From Gammaproteobacteria bacterium (GTDB taxonomy: Bacteria > Pseudomonadota > Gammaproteobacteria > QZLD01), in the NCBI GenBank assembly GCA_033852135.1, contig JAWSVB010000014.1:2963-66962 (forward strand): a stretch of 64,000 nt of DNA, written 5' to 3'. Both the position numbers and the translations under genes were made by a program. This document shows, in pieces, positions 10,168 to 19,664 of the stretch (its first letter is position 1; each line of letters opens with the position of its first letter). A model generated the notes under the pieces. It searched no databases. It saw nothing but the letters and a program-made list of their open reading frames with translations, and was not told the DNA's origin.

Positions 10168-12309
10168 TTAGCTGCTTTTAATCGCTGATAGAGGAAGGTG
10201 TATAAAGATACAAACACCAGTTTCATCCGCCAGGTTTTCAGCATAAACATGCCCCTGGTGGTATTTGCAAATTAACTCAACAATATAAAGGCCAAGACCT
10301 AGGTGGTTAGAGTTTTCGATGTTGTTACGCATTGAAACCATAGGGGAGAAAATCTCAGAGACATTCTCTGGTAAAATAGTTTTCCCTTGGTTCTCGATGG
10401 ATAAAACTGCATAGCCGTTATCTTGTTGCAGCTGTACCTTGATTGGGGTGCCAGCGGTATGAAAGTCTGCCGCATTACCAAAAACTTTATCAAGCATCTG
10501 CGCAAATAGATCTTTATTACCAACGATATGAATATCTTTTTTAGATAAACAGCTCTCAATAGTTATCGACTCAAAGCAGGATTGATAACCCTCGCAATAT
10601 GACTTGAGTAATTCCTTAATATCTATGATATCGCTTGGAGCCGATTCCAGAGTTTTTTCCAATCTGGTTGCCTCACTCATAGCCGATAGCATCTGTCTTA
10701 ATCTATGCGCGCCATCGGTTGCTCGCTGGTGATAAACCTTAATGTCCTCGGGCACCTCACACATAGATATATTATCTAGCGATGAGCTCACAATCGCCAA
10801 TGGGGTTTTAAGCTCATGCGATAGTCTGCCAGACATATTCTCAAGATAGTTTGTATATTGTGAAACGCGGTCAATCATATTAGAAAAGTTATGCGCCAGG
10901 TCGGTAATCTCATCGTTAGCATCATCTTCAAATGGCATGTCACTAATAATTCTGCCATCTTTGGATATTGAGTTATTGGTATAGCGCTGCAAGCGGAGAA
11001 TCTTGCGTGAGATGTGGGTAGTAAGATAAATCAATACACTTAAAGTCAGCAAAAAGGCCAAAATTGATATATCAATTATCCTTTCCATCGCTTCATTATG
11101 CAGTGAGAGAATCTTATTGCTGGTCTTCTCTGCGATTACCGCACCAATAACACCACCGTCTTTTTTTACTGGGTAAGCTGCAGAGAGGATAACCGCGCGA
11201 TTATCTGGGGTAGGGTGCCATGATTGAAAAGGTGTTCCAGTTAAAGCCTTCTTGCTACTAATATCGGAGATGTGGCTGCTTCCATACTGAGTATCGGCAA
11301 AGTTTGATGTTGGCTGCTTCAAAATAAAGCGATAGATAGATTTTCTCATCGTGGTCAAAGTTGACTCTTTCTCACTGCTAATATCACCATTCTTGATGTT
11401 ATCTATCGCCGCTAAAACCGTACCGTTAGTATTGATTGCCCAGTAACGTAGACCATCCTGATTAAAGTCAGAGATAGCCTTTTGCAAAGGGATAGATGGG
11501 GACGATATTGAATAAGATTCTGCCGATGATTTTTCACTAGTTGTTTTTATCCCGTTGGTTTCTACGAAAGCATCGAATAAGGAGATTGAGATATTGTGCG
11601 GAATAAGTGATTTAGGTATTTTAAGCTCAAGGTTGTAGCCATTATTACTCTCTTCCCAGTAACCATTAATCCGTGGTTCATTAATAGTCTGCTCACCATT
11701 TTCACCCGTTAAAATCCGCGCAAAAACCTTACCTGGAGCAGCAGTGTAAAACATATAACTGGTTGAGCTATTCGCCCCTGTTGCGGTGATTAATACACTG
11801 TCATGAAACTTGGAGAAACTAGGGTTAAAATAGCGAATATCGCTATCTACCACTTTTATAAATAGATAGTAATATCTGCTGTCCGTAGTTAAAAAAGTAT
11901 CAGCGAAAACCTTATCTTCCCCAATAGCATTACCAGTAACACCTGGAGTTTCATTAGCCAAAATGGAGAATGCAGGTTTAATATGATTCGGCCATTCATC
12001 AAAATAACCATCTAAAAGTGGTTTAAAATTGATTGGGTAAGCGTATATCGATTTACCATTGGTTGCTTGCTGTGAAGTTAGAAAATCTTCTGCTTGATTA
12101 CTTAAAACAGTTGCAGCTAAACGGGAATAGTTAGTAAGCAAACTTTGCTCGTTATCGCGCAAAAACTGTTCTAAATTCTTAACAAAAGAGTAACCAATTA
12201 AAGGGATACAAAAGGGGATAATTAGTAATAAAAAAAGCTTAGCCCGAAGAGAGATCCTCGGTCTATATTTTTTAGTTTGTATTCTAGGCGGTTTTACTCC
12301 GACTTCCAT
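10168..12309 (-). CDS. sensor histidine kinase with large periplasmic domain
   Basis: Two TM segments flank a ~400-aa periplasmic domain, followed by H-box LSHELKTPLA and an ATPase domain (GLGLYIV). 16-nt overlap with the response regulator gene upstream. Confidence 0.8.
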   Translation of the reverse strand: MEVGVKPPRIQTKKYRPRISLRAKLFLLLIIPFCIPLIGYSFVKNLEQFLRDNEQSLLTNYSRLAATVLSNQAEDFLTSQQATNGKSIYAYPINFKPLLDGYFDEWPNHIKPAFSILANETPGVTGNAIGEDKVFADTFLTTDSRYYYLFIKVVDSDIRYFNPSFSKFHDSVLITATGANSSTSYMFYTAAPGKVFARILTGENGEQTINEPRINGYWEESNNGYNLELKIPKSLIPHNISISLFDAFVETNGIKTTSEKSSAESYSISSPSIPLQKAISDFNQDGLRYWAINTNGTVLAAIDNIKNGDISSEKESTLTTMRKSIYRFILKQPTSNFADTQYGSSHISDISSKKALTGTPFQSWHPTPDNRAVILSAAYPVKKDGGVIGAVIAEKTSNKILSLHNEAMERIIDISILAFLLTLSVLIYLTTHISRKILRLQRYTNNSISKDGRIISDMPFEDDANDEITDLAHNFSNMIDRVSQYTNYLENMSGRLSHELKTPLAIVSSSLDNISMCEVPEDIKVYHQRATDGAHRLRQMLSAMSEATRLEKTLESAPSDIIDIKELLKSYCEGYQSCFESITIESCLSKKDIHIVGNKDLFAQMLDKVFGNAADFHTAGTPIKVQLQQDNGYAVLSIENQGKTILPENVSEIFSPMVSMRNNIENSNHLGLGLYIVELICKYHQGHVYAENLADETGVCIFIHLPLSAIKSS

Positions 12310-12986
12310 CGGTATCCCATACCGTAAACGGTCTCAACCATATCAAATTCAGAGTCATTCACAGCAAACTTCTTCCTAATCCTTTTGATATGCGAGGTAA
12401 TAGTATTATCGTCTACAAAAATATTCGCGTCTTTCATTAACTGTTCACGGCTTTTAACATGCCCTGGGCGCTTAGCAATGGTATACACCATCCAAAACTC
12501 AGTAACCGTAAGGTCAACAAGGTTGCCTTTCCACTTAATAAACATACGGCTGTTATCAATCTCAAGGTCACCATGCGCAATTAACTGCTCTTTCTGTGTA
12601 GGTTGTTTTAAAGCCTCCATGCGGCGGAAGATAGCTGCAATACGGGCAGAAAGGTGGGGCAGGCTAATATCCTTAGTCAAATAATCATCGGCGCCAAGGC
12701 GCAAGCCAGATATAAGGTCAAAATCACTATCGCGCGCAGTCAAAAAGATAATCGGAACAGTAGAATCAATCGCACGAATATCGCGGCACAGGTCGAATCC
12801 ACCCTCAATCTCATCTCCAAGGCCAATATCAAGCAAAATCAAATCTGGCAGAATATTCTCCAGCGCTTTCCATGCTTCAGGACGAGATGCATAAGTCTTA
12901 ACGCTATACCCCTGTTTAGAAAGCATATCCGAGTAGTTATCACTAATCGCTTTCTCATCTTCAACTATTGCAATTGTCTTAGCCAT
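12294..12986 (-). CDS. OmpR-family winged-helix response regulator
   Basis: Receiver (IVEDE...LLDIGL...FLTA...K) plus a C-terminal trans_reg_C domain (YGMGYRW). Confidence 0.85.
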   Translation of the reverse strand: MAKTIAIVEDEKAISDNYSDMLSKQGYSVKTYASRPEAWKALENILPDLILLDIGLGDEIEGGFDLCRDIRAIDSTVPIIFLTARDSDFDLISGLRLGADDYLTKDISLPHLSARIAAIFRRMEALKQPTQKEQLIAHGDLEIDNSRMFIKWKGNLVDLTVTEFWMVYTIAKRPGHVKSREQLMKDANIFVDDNTITSHIKRIRKKFAVNDSEFDMVETVYGMGYRWKSE

Positions 12987-13030
12987 TAAGTCCTGCCATT
13001 AAACCCTATCATTAAAGCTTGTCATTAAAC
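12983..13030. promoter_or_regulatory. four tandem ~13-bp direct repeats (C)CATTAAA(c/g) abutting the response regulator start codon
   Basis: Copies at 12983, 12997, 13010 and 13023 with 13-14 bp periodicity. Located in the divergent RR/ompA-like intergenic region and partly resembles Pho-box half-sites (TGTCAT). Confidence 0.3.
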
Positions 13031-13166
13031 CTTGCCATGGTTCTTTGCCATTTTATTGCCACATTTAATCGGTGGATCTACATCATCTCTCAATCTCCAC
13101 GACATCTCAAGTTGATTTAATAACTCTTGAAATATGAACAAAACATCGAGTCCAAAGGAGAATGAA

Positions 13167-14021
13167 ATGAAAATAACTACCACTAAAACCAGCATACTTA
13201 AAACAGCAATCGCAGCTAGCGCAATCGCAGGGTCAATCGCAGCAACACCGGCATTTGCCGAGATATCAATTCAAGATCTAGAGCACGCTAATCTAGCGCC
13301 ATATGAGAATACCTCAAATGTACCTACAGTAACCTCATTATCCGGTATGGGAGTGGGAGCAGTTATTGGTGGAATCTTCGGTGGGCCAGCTGGGGCAATA
13401 ATCGGTGGTGTAGGCGGGTTGGCAGTAGCAGATAACGAGCACAACAGTCAGGCACTTGCCCAAGCGAACATAAAAGCTCAAGAGGTTGAGTCACAACTAC
13501 AAGTAGCTCAGCTAGAGCTGAAAAATGCCAAGATGATACTCAAAGAGCAAGAGGAGCGCCAAAGCATACAATTAGCATCTTTGCAAAACGATATAATGCA
13601 CCGCGAAGCTACAACTGTAAAAACCAATGAAACCATGAGCGCGATATCAAATGGATTCACTATGGCAGTACAGTTTCGTAGTGACAGCTTCAAAATTGAG
13701 CAGCACTATAAAAAACAGTTAACGAAACTAGCCAGCTCATTAAATACCCTAAGTAAGATAGAGGTAGAGTTAAGCGGTTTCACCGACCCACGCGGCAACA
13801 CAATCTCCAACTTAGAGCTATCCAGAAAAAGGGTAGAAGAGGTTAAAAAAGTATTGGTGAATGCTGGAGTAGCGAAAGAGAGAATCACTGCATCATCATT
13901 AGGTGAAGGTGAGCTAATGTGCACCATGGAAGATACCAAGGGCTACCAATTTGAGAGAAGGGTAGAGATATCATTTCGATTTTTAACAGAAGAGGGAGGT
14001 GGCAGAATAGCGCAAAATTAA
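13167..14021 (+). CDS. OmpA-like domain protein with N-terminal glycine-zipper and coiled-coil regions
   Basis: Signal peptide, GxxxG zipper (GAVIGGIFGGPAGAIIGGVGG), and a C-terminal OmpA_C-like motif (FTDPRGNTISNLELSRKRVEEV). The start is placed at the ATG with an AAGGAG RBS. Confidence 0.65.
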   Translation: MKITTTKTSILKTAIAASAIAGSIAATPAFAEISIQDLEHANLAPYENTSNVPTVTSLSGMGVGAVIGGIFGGPAGAIIGGVGGLAVADNEHNSQALAQANIKAQEVESQLQVAQLELKNAKMILKEQEERQSIQLASLQNDIMHREATTVKTNETMSAISNGFTMAVQFRSDSFKIEQHYKKQLTKLASSLNTLSKIEVELSGFTDPRGNTISNLELSRKRVEEVKKVLVNAGVAKERITASSLGEGELMCTMEDTKGYQFERRVEISFRFLTEEGGGRIAQN

Positions 14022-14041
14022 AATCTAAAAATGTCCTAATT

Positions 14042-14191
14042 GTGCCGGTGTTCCTCCGGCACAAGCACAAAACATACCCTGGGGGCGCTGGCGTTCCTCC
14101 GGCATTATAATAATTAACCTTCAAAGCAAACGTTGGGCTTCATTCTTCAGCCCAACCTACAATGCTAAATCCAACCATACTCCGCTGTAGG
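14042..14191. repeat. cluster of three GC-rich hairpins plus a 13-bp direct repeat between convergent genes (likely bidirectional terminators / REP-like)
   Basis: GTGCCGG-N7-CCGGCAC (14042-14062), GTTGGGCT-N9-AGCCCAAC (14132-14156), AACCTACA-N24-TGTAGGTT (14154-14193). The sequence gttcctccggca occurs twice. Confidence 0.35.
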
Positions 14192-14227
14192 TTGGTGGTG
14201 AGCGTAGCGAACCCCAACAATATGCTA

Positions 14228-14554
14228 TTAATTATTCTCGCAAGCTAATGGTGTTTCAGTGTAAATGGTATTCATATTGGAAGTCACAATAGTTTTTTTA
14301 ATAAGGTTTTGTTGGTCGTCATAAGTCCACAAAATAAAATCACTACCGTTTTTTGTTAATGAAACCTTTTCTGTAGCAGCTTTAGAAATGTCTGAACATG
14401 ATGGAATATTGAAATTTCGCTCAGTAATTTGAAACTCATTAGCAATGGTATTTTCAGATCTATTTGCAAATTCATTGCTTTGGTATGTAACGCCAATAAA
14501 GAATGAAGAGATAGAAGCAATAGCTAAGGCTAAAATATAAATAATGATTTTCAT
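14228..14554 (-). CDS. small secreted hypothetical protein
   Basis: Signal peptide. Sits 2 nt downstream of the L,D-transpeptidase gene (operon-like). Confidence 0.4.
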   Translation of the reverse strand: MKIIIYILALAIASISSFFIGVTYQSNEFANRSENTIANEFQITERNFNIPSCSDISKAATEKVSLTKNGSDFILWTYDDQQNLIKKTIVTSNMNTIYTETPLACENN

Positions 14555-14556
14555 GA

Positions 14557-15225
14557 TTAATCCATATCAACAAAAACTGGTGTATTCATAGGTGCCCATG
14601 CAAATATTTTTTTCGCATCACTTTCAGGTAAACGAATACAACCATGAGACCCTAGGAAATTAACTCCAATGTCTTTTAAAAAAGATGTTACGGTGACTGC
14701 ATTCGACTGGTGTATAGCTTTTCCATCGTAAGAAAAAAACATAGCATAATCCATTTGAGCGTCATATTTTACACTGCGATATTTTTTATGCTTTCTTATA
14801 ATGCTGAATAATTCTGGTTTTACAGCAGTTGGGTGTTTAGAATCTCCAGTGGCACAGTGAAATTCAAATTGTTTAACAGCACCATCAAACGCATATAGTT
14901 TTTGGTCATCCAAGTCAGCAATTATTTGCTGTCCTGATTTTCTTACTCCTCCAAGAAAATAAATGGTGTTACCATTAGGGCTTACTAATCCATCAGGTTT
15001 TTTTTGCCCTTGAACCGTTTTTTGGAAAATTTTTATTGCAGATTCTAAATCTGTTAATAGAGTTTTAGACTTAATATTTGGAATTTTTATTTGAGCAATT
15101 TTTTTATTGTAATAGCTATCTTTCTTTCTTAAAGATAGTAAATGAATAATGGTAACGATGTCATTTTTATCTTTTTTTCCGCCTAGTCCTACAGATGATG
15201 CTATCGCCTTCATGTTATATCCCAT
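14557..15225 (-). CDS. L,D-transpeptidase (YkuD-family) domain protein
   Basis: Catalytic motif SHGCIRL. Confidence 0.75.
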   Translation of the reverse strand: MGYNMKAIASSVGLGGKKDKNDIVTIIHLLSLRKKDSYYNKKIAQIKIPNIKSKTLLTDLESAIKIFQKTVQGQKKPDGLVSPNGNTIYFLGGVRKSGQQIIADLDDQKLYAFDGAVKQFEFHCATGDSKHPTAVKPELFSIIRKHKKYRSVKYDAQMDYAMFFSYDGKAIHQSNAVTVTSFLKDIGVNFLGSHGCIRLPESDAKKIFAWAPMNTPVFVDMD

Positions 15226-15350
15226 TCTTTATATAATATAATAACTTGTAAGCTGAAAAGGTCATTTAATAGTACCTTTTTAGTTATTTAATAATCATAT
15301 AGTTAATTAAAATTAATAGCAATCAAAGGGAATTGAAAAATTTAACGGTT

Positions 15351-16316
15351 TTAAAACTTTTTCACCAAACAGCTATCTTGGTCCAGATAAAAAACATCAA
15401 AATCACTAGCTAAAAACAGCCCACCACTAAAAGCATCTTTAGCCTCAACTTCTAAAGCAGTAATAGAGTTCTCTCCAGTACCAATATTATGAAAACGGGG
15501 GCTAAAGTGAGTCAGTACCAGGTTGCTGACAGATGCTTCCTGGGCAAATTCAGCAACTCTTTTTGCCGAACAGTGTTGGTACTCATTGCCTACTTTTTCC
15601 TCCACTTTGGCTGTATACGTAGCCTCATGTACTAAAACATCAATCTTCTCAGAGCATTCAGCAAGCAAAGTAGGGGTGTCATTATCTCCTGCAATAACAA
15701 CTTTGCGTGGTGACCTTCTTTCCAATAAATAATTATCGCAAATTAAAGCCTCACCACTTGGCAGCATTACATCCTCACCATCTTGCAGAAACCCCCAAAC
15801 CGGCCCCGGAGCAACCCCTTCTTTTTCAAGCTTTTCAATATCCAGCTTGCGCTCAATATTCTTCTCAATAAAACAAAAAGCAAAAGATGGGATAGTGTGC
15901 GATAGCTCCGTAATCTCTACCAAAAAATCATCAAACTCAAGCTGTTCGTCAACAGCTTCAATTTCAATAAATGTAATCTCAAATGAAAGGGTAAGCTTGG
16001 TTCCAGCCTGAACCCCTTTCAGAAACTCCTTAATAGCAGCAGGCGCAATAATGGTTAATGGCTCAGTTCTACCAAGCATAGAGGCACTAGCCAAAATACC
16101 AGGCAAACCATAACAATGGTCACCATGAATATGGGATATAAAAATAGCCTGCATATTCATTAAAGATAAATTCGTATGCAAAACTTGTTGCTGCGTACCT
16201 TCACCACAATCAACCAGATACCAAGCCTTAGCACTCGCCATCTTAATCGCAGCAGCAGCTACATTTCTTGATTTAGTGGGGGTACCAGCTGAGGTACCAA
16301 GAAAAACTAACTCCAT
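15351..16316 (-). CDS. rnz: ribonuclease Z / BN (metallo-beta-lactamase fold tRNA 3'-processing endonuclease)
   Basis: HIHGDHCYGLPG motif and overall ElaC/RNase Z length and organisation. Confidence 0.8.
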   Translation of the reverse strand: MELVFLGTSAGTPTKSRNVAAAAIKMASAKAWYLVDCGEGTQQQVLHTNLSLMNMQAIFISHIHGDHCYGLPGILASASMLGRTEPLTIIAPAAIKEFLKGVQAGTKLTLSFEITFIEIEAVDEQLEFDDFLVEITELSHTIPSFAFCFIEKNIERKLDIEKLEKEGVAPGPVWGFLQDGEDVMLPSGEALICDNYLLERRSPRKVVIAGDNDTPTLLAECSEKIDVLVHEATYTAKVEEKVGNEYQHCSAKRVAEFAQEASVSNLVLTHFSPRFHNIGTGENSITALEVEAKDAFSGGLFLASDFDVFYLDQDSCLVKKF

Positions 16317-16478
16317 AACAACCTTTTATATTGCATTTACCAAGTATCATTTAATCATATAACAAACATATAACTTTGCATTCTATTTCCTGTTATCTGG
16401 CTGAGGCGAATAAAGGTTTTTTGATAGTTTCCTATTTTAGGATGCCTTAGTTTATCAATGACTTAGTTGAAAGTTGAG

Positions 16479-16500
16479 ATTTTACATTCGAATGTAAAAT
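16479..16500. promoter_or_regulatory. perfect 22-bp palindrome ATTTTACATTCGAATGTAAAAT in divergent rnz / small-ORF-array intergenic region
   Basis: Exact reverse-complement symmetry, read directly. Candidate operator site. Confidence 0.3.
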
Positions 16501-16704
16501 TCATAGTGTATCGCAAGATGTTGATTGTTATGTAATTGCCTTTTTTAAAAGTTATAAAAAAGACAGAAATTGAAAGGTGGTTGGTAGATAAATTAGCTCT
16601 GTAGGGTGGGCACTGCCCACCAGATAAGGATATAACATATTTATCAAAAGTTACGTCATTTTATTATTCGTTATTTTAAGTAGTGTTGTAGCTTAATTCG
16701 TCAG

Positions 16705-16800
16705 CTTATTCATAATAAAAATCTAGTCAGTTTATGATTCTATTTATATGTTAGTCAATGTTTAATATACTGTCCTATATGACAAGTATATGGGGTGGGT
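16705..16800. repeat. intergenic repeat family copy R0 (diverged)
   Basis: Shares attcataat-aaaaa-t-tag and aagtatatgg blocks with the other copies. Lies upstream of ORF 16885. Confidence 0.4.
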
Positions 16801-16884
16801 ATCTTATGGTTTCTAGCGCGAGATTATGGAATAATTCACCCTTTTTTTTTGTTAATTTTTTATATTTTCTACTAAGGAATTAAG

Positions 16885-17391
16885 ATGAAAAAAATTCTAT
16901 CTTTTGTGTTTATAGCTTTAATTACTTTTAATGTAAATGCTCAGCAAACAGCATCGAAACAGTCAGTTGAAACATTAATGGAACTGACTGAAGTATCTAA
17001 AATGGTAGATACTATATATTCCCAAATAACCAATATGTTCAATGGTATGTCTGACCAGTTAGGAATTTCTAAAGAAGAAAAACCTGCATTTGATAAATAC
17101 ATGAATGAATTAACCATATTACTTAAAGAAGATATGGGATGGGATAAATTTAAGGGACCAATAATTGATATTTACGCAAAAAGATTAACTGAAACAGAGG
17201 TTCAGGGATTAATAAAATTTTATCGCTCAGATGCAGGTAAAAGCATGATTAAAAAAATGCCGTTAATCATGCAAGATTCTATGCTTGTCTCACAGGAAGT
17301 TATGAAAGAGTTTTTACCTAAAGTTAAGCTATTAGCAACACAAATGCAAAGTGAGATAAAAGAGCTACGCAAAAAGAAGAATGAAAAATAA
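16885..17391 (+). CDS. secreted DUF2059-like protein
   Basis: Signal peptide. Resemblance to DUF2059 is weak and recalled from memory. Confidence 0.45.
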   Translation: MKKILSFVFIALITFNVNAQQTASKQSVETLMELTEVSKMVDTIYSQITNMFNGMSDQLGISKEEKPAFDKYMNELTILLKEDMGWDKFKGPIIDIYAKRLTETEVQGLIKFYRSDAGKSMIKKMPLIMQDSMLVSQEVMKEFLPKVKLLATQMQSEIKELRKKKNEK

Positions 17392-17455
17392 ATTTATAGT
17401 TTTTGATGCACGATGTAATTAATTGTCGTTCTCTATTGATTATTTAGATAAGTAA

Positions 17456-17587
17456 GTAGTCTGCAAAATGCAATGACTTAAAACTTCATTGTATTTATAG
17501 TAAAAAAATGTAGACTCAGCGCATATGGGTGTTCATGTTAAATGAACAATTTTAAAAATAATGACTGGGGTCTAGTCAGAGTTAGAT
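17456..17587. repeat. intergenic repeat family copy R1
   Basis: gtagtctg..aaaac-tcattgtatt-ata-t-aaaaaaatgtag-...-gcatatgggtgttcatgttaaatgaac, with a cttcatt/aatgtag inverted repeat. GTTAGAT (GTTRRRY-like) at 17581. Confidence 0.5.
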
Positions 17588-17611
17588 TTTCAATTAAGAG
17601 GGGTTGGAAGT

Positions 17612-18139
17612 ATGGTTAATCTTTATGAAACACCAGATGCTAAATTAATAAATAGTAATTTTTCTCAAGATAGCTACATTAATTTTGATAGGTTTAGCAC
17701 ATGGGGGGTATTGGGCTTGTCTATCATAACTTTATCTTTTTACATGATTTATTGGATATATAAAAGGACATTGATATTGAATAAGCAGCCAGGAGTTACT
17801 CCAATTGGTGGTATGTTTATGGTGGTTGCTATTGTCTTATATATATTATCTTTTTTATTCATTATACCTGAAGCAATGTATCCATTGTCCCCAGAAGTAG
17901 TGCTTGTATCTCAGTTGGTTTCAATTTTCTCAAATATATTATTTTTAGTTTGGGCGTTTAAGTATAAAAACCGGTTGAATATTGTTTTGGATAATAGGGG
18001 GATTTCAATCAATCCTGTCAGCTCGATTATGACATTTTTTTTCCATGTTATATATTTGTCATATAAAACTAATGAGTATATGGATTGTTCAAATCATCAC
18101 ACTACTTCTATACAACCCATTGTTGAACCAGCTTCGTAG
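17612..18139 (+). CDS. hypothetical membrane protein
   Basis: Multiple TM helices; no motif recognised. Confidence 0.4.
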   Translation: MVNLYETPDAKLINSNFSQDSYINFDRFSTWGVLGLSIITLSFYMIYWIYKRTLILNKQPGVTPIGGMFMVVAIVLYILSFLFIIPEAMYPLSPEVVLVSQLVSIFSNILFLVWAFKYKNRLNIVLDNRGISINPVSSIMTFFFHVIYLSYKTNEYMDCSNHHTTSIQPIVEPAS

Positions 18140-18249
18140 ATTGGAATCAATGAGTCATTCAATAGGGTCATAGTTTTTGATTTGGTTGATAGGTACCGGT
18201 GGTTGTATTATTTTAATCGACTACCAGATCCTATTTTATTCTTCAGATA

Positions 18250-18305
18250 ATAAGTATCTAGTAAGAGGTAATTGTTCAAAGTATATGGATGTTCATAATT
18301 AATTC
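18250..18305. repeat. intergenic repeat family copy R2 (right-hand part only)
   Basis: caaagtatatggatgttcataattaatt matches the right end of R1 and R5. Confidence 0.4.
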
Positions 18306-18504
18306 CACTTTATTTAATTACTCGCTCGATATGCAAGCCACATATTATTCTTGATGTGACGTTGTCAGCTTTGTTTACATATTTTGTCCTAGTCACTTGT
18401 GAAAAAACTTTTTTATTTTAAAAAATAACACTATATGTTTTATGGCTTTATTTTTGCTTAAGAACTGGCGGACATTTTATAAATTTTACTCTAGGACATA
18501 AATA

Positions 18505-19110
18505 ATGAAAAAAATAGTTATTTTAGCTTTATTGCTATCTGTAGGAACTGCTAATGCAGGAATTATTGAATTAGGTGATTTTTCTGGCTCAGAAACAGTA
18601 ATTGATTTTAATGCTATATCTAATACAGAATCTGTTGCTAACCAATATTCTATTGATGGGGTTTTATTTAGTGGTGCGTTACTGGGGATGACAAATTCTG
18701 GCGATACAGCACTATTTAATGGCAGTACAATTGCTTCAAACTGGAACTACTCAGGTGGTGGCAATACTGGGCAAAGCTGGTCTGCAACTTTTGATTCAGT
18801 TCAAAACATTTTTGGTTTTTTCTCGGAAACTAATTCTAGCGATGATGTAACTATCGAAGCCTATTTGGGGACAGCATTAATTGGTACAGTAAATTTCTTG
18901 AACCCTAATGGCACATATCCAGATTTTCTTGGCTTTGGTGACTCTGGTGGCTTTGATAGTATTACAGTTACAATTGCAAAAAATGCTAACGGTTTTTTCG
19001 CAATGGATGATTTAAGATTTGAAAGTTTAAGAATACCTGAGCCAGGTTCTCTTGCTTTGCTTTGTTTAGGGATAGCAGGTGTTGGATTTTCAAGAAAAAA
19101 AATTGCTTAA
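18505..19110 (+). CDS. PEP-CTERM sorting-domain secreted protein (exosortase substrate)
   Basis: Signal peptide and C-terminal PEPGSLALLCLGIAGVGFSRKK (PEP motif, TM helix, basic tail). Confidence 0.75.
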   Translation: MKKIVILALLLSVGTANAGIIELGDFSGSETVIDFNAISNTESVANQYSIDGVLFSGALLGMTNSGDTALFNGSTIASNWNYSGGGNTGQSWSATFDSVQNIFGFFSETNSSDDVTIEAYLGTALIGTVNFLNPNGTYPDFLGFGDSGGFDSITVTIAKNANGFFAMDDLRFESLRIPEPGSLALLCLGIAGVGFSRKKIA

Positions 19111-19129
19111 TTAAAAATTAATCTACTTA

Positions 19130-19158
19130 AAAACCTCGGTGTTATACGGGGTTTTTTT
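19130..19158 (+). terminator. rho-independent terminator after the PEP-CTERM gene
   Basis: aaaaCCTCG-gtgttata-CGGGG followed by a T7 run. Confidence 0.55.
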
Positions 19159-19205
19159 GTGCCTGATAAAAATTATACTAGGGTATAAATAGATGGAGAG
19201 TAATT

Positions 19206-19610
19206 GTGAAATTTAGTGGGGTTGGTGTCTTTAAACATAAATTTAATAATCCAAATAAAATTACACAATTTGAAGAGCGTGTTGTTATGACTGAAGCCTC
19301 TTCATACGAAAAAGCATAAGAGCTTATTCTTGAGAATTTTAATGAATATGCAACTGATGCTGTTGAGTTTCTACATGTATATGAAATTGAAGAGATATAT
19401 CCAGAAAGTGAGGCGGTAATTGAAGTTGCGAGCGCAATGAAGGTTTTTGCAGGAACAGATGATGAATATATTGAAAGGTATTGGGGCGATCAAAAACCAT
19501 TAACATGTGAATCAAAAGGTTGGAAACACGTATGGTTTAATAGAGGCGAAGGCAAAAGCGGTTGTTATAATTGCCAAGAGGAACGTTTCGGTGAATTATG
19601 GGAGCTATAG
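19206..19610 (+). pseudogene. disrupted ORF (in-frame TAA at 19317-19319); product would be a ~134-aa protein of unknown function
   Basis: Continuous reading frame GTG19206..TAG19610 broken by a single stop. Absent from the ORF track because both pieces are under 60 aa. Confidence 0.35.
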
Positions 19611-19664
19611 TTAAGGTTATAGACGCTTAATTCAACATTTAATGCTTTCAAATAAGGAAATCAG

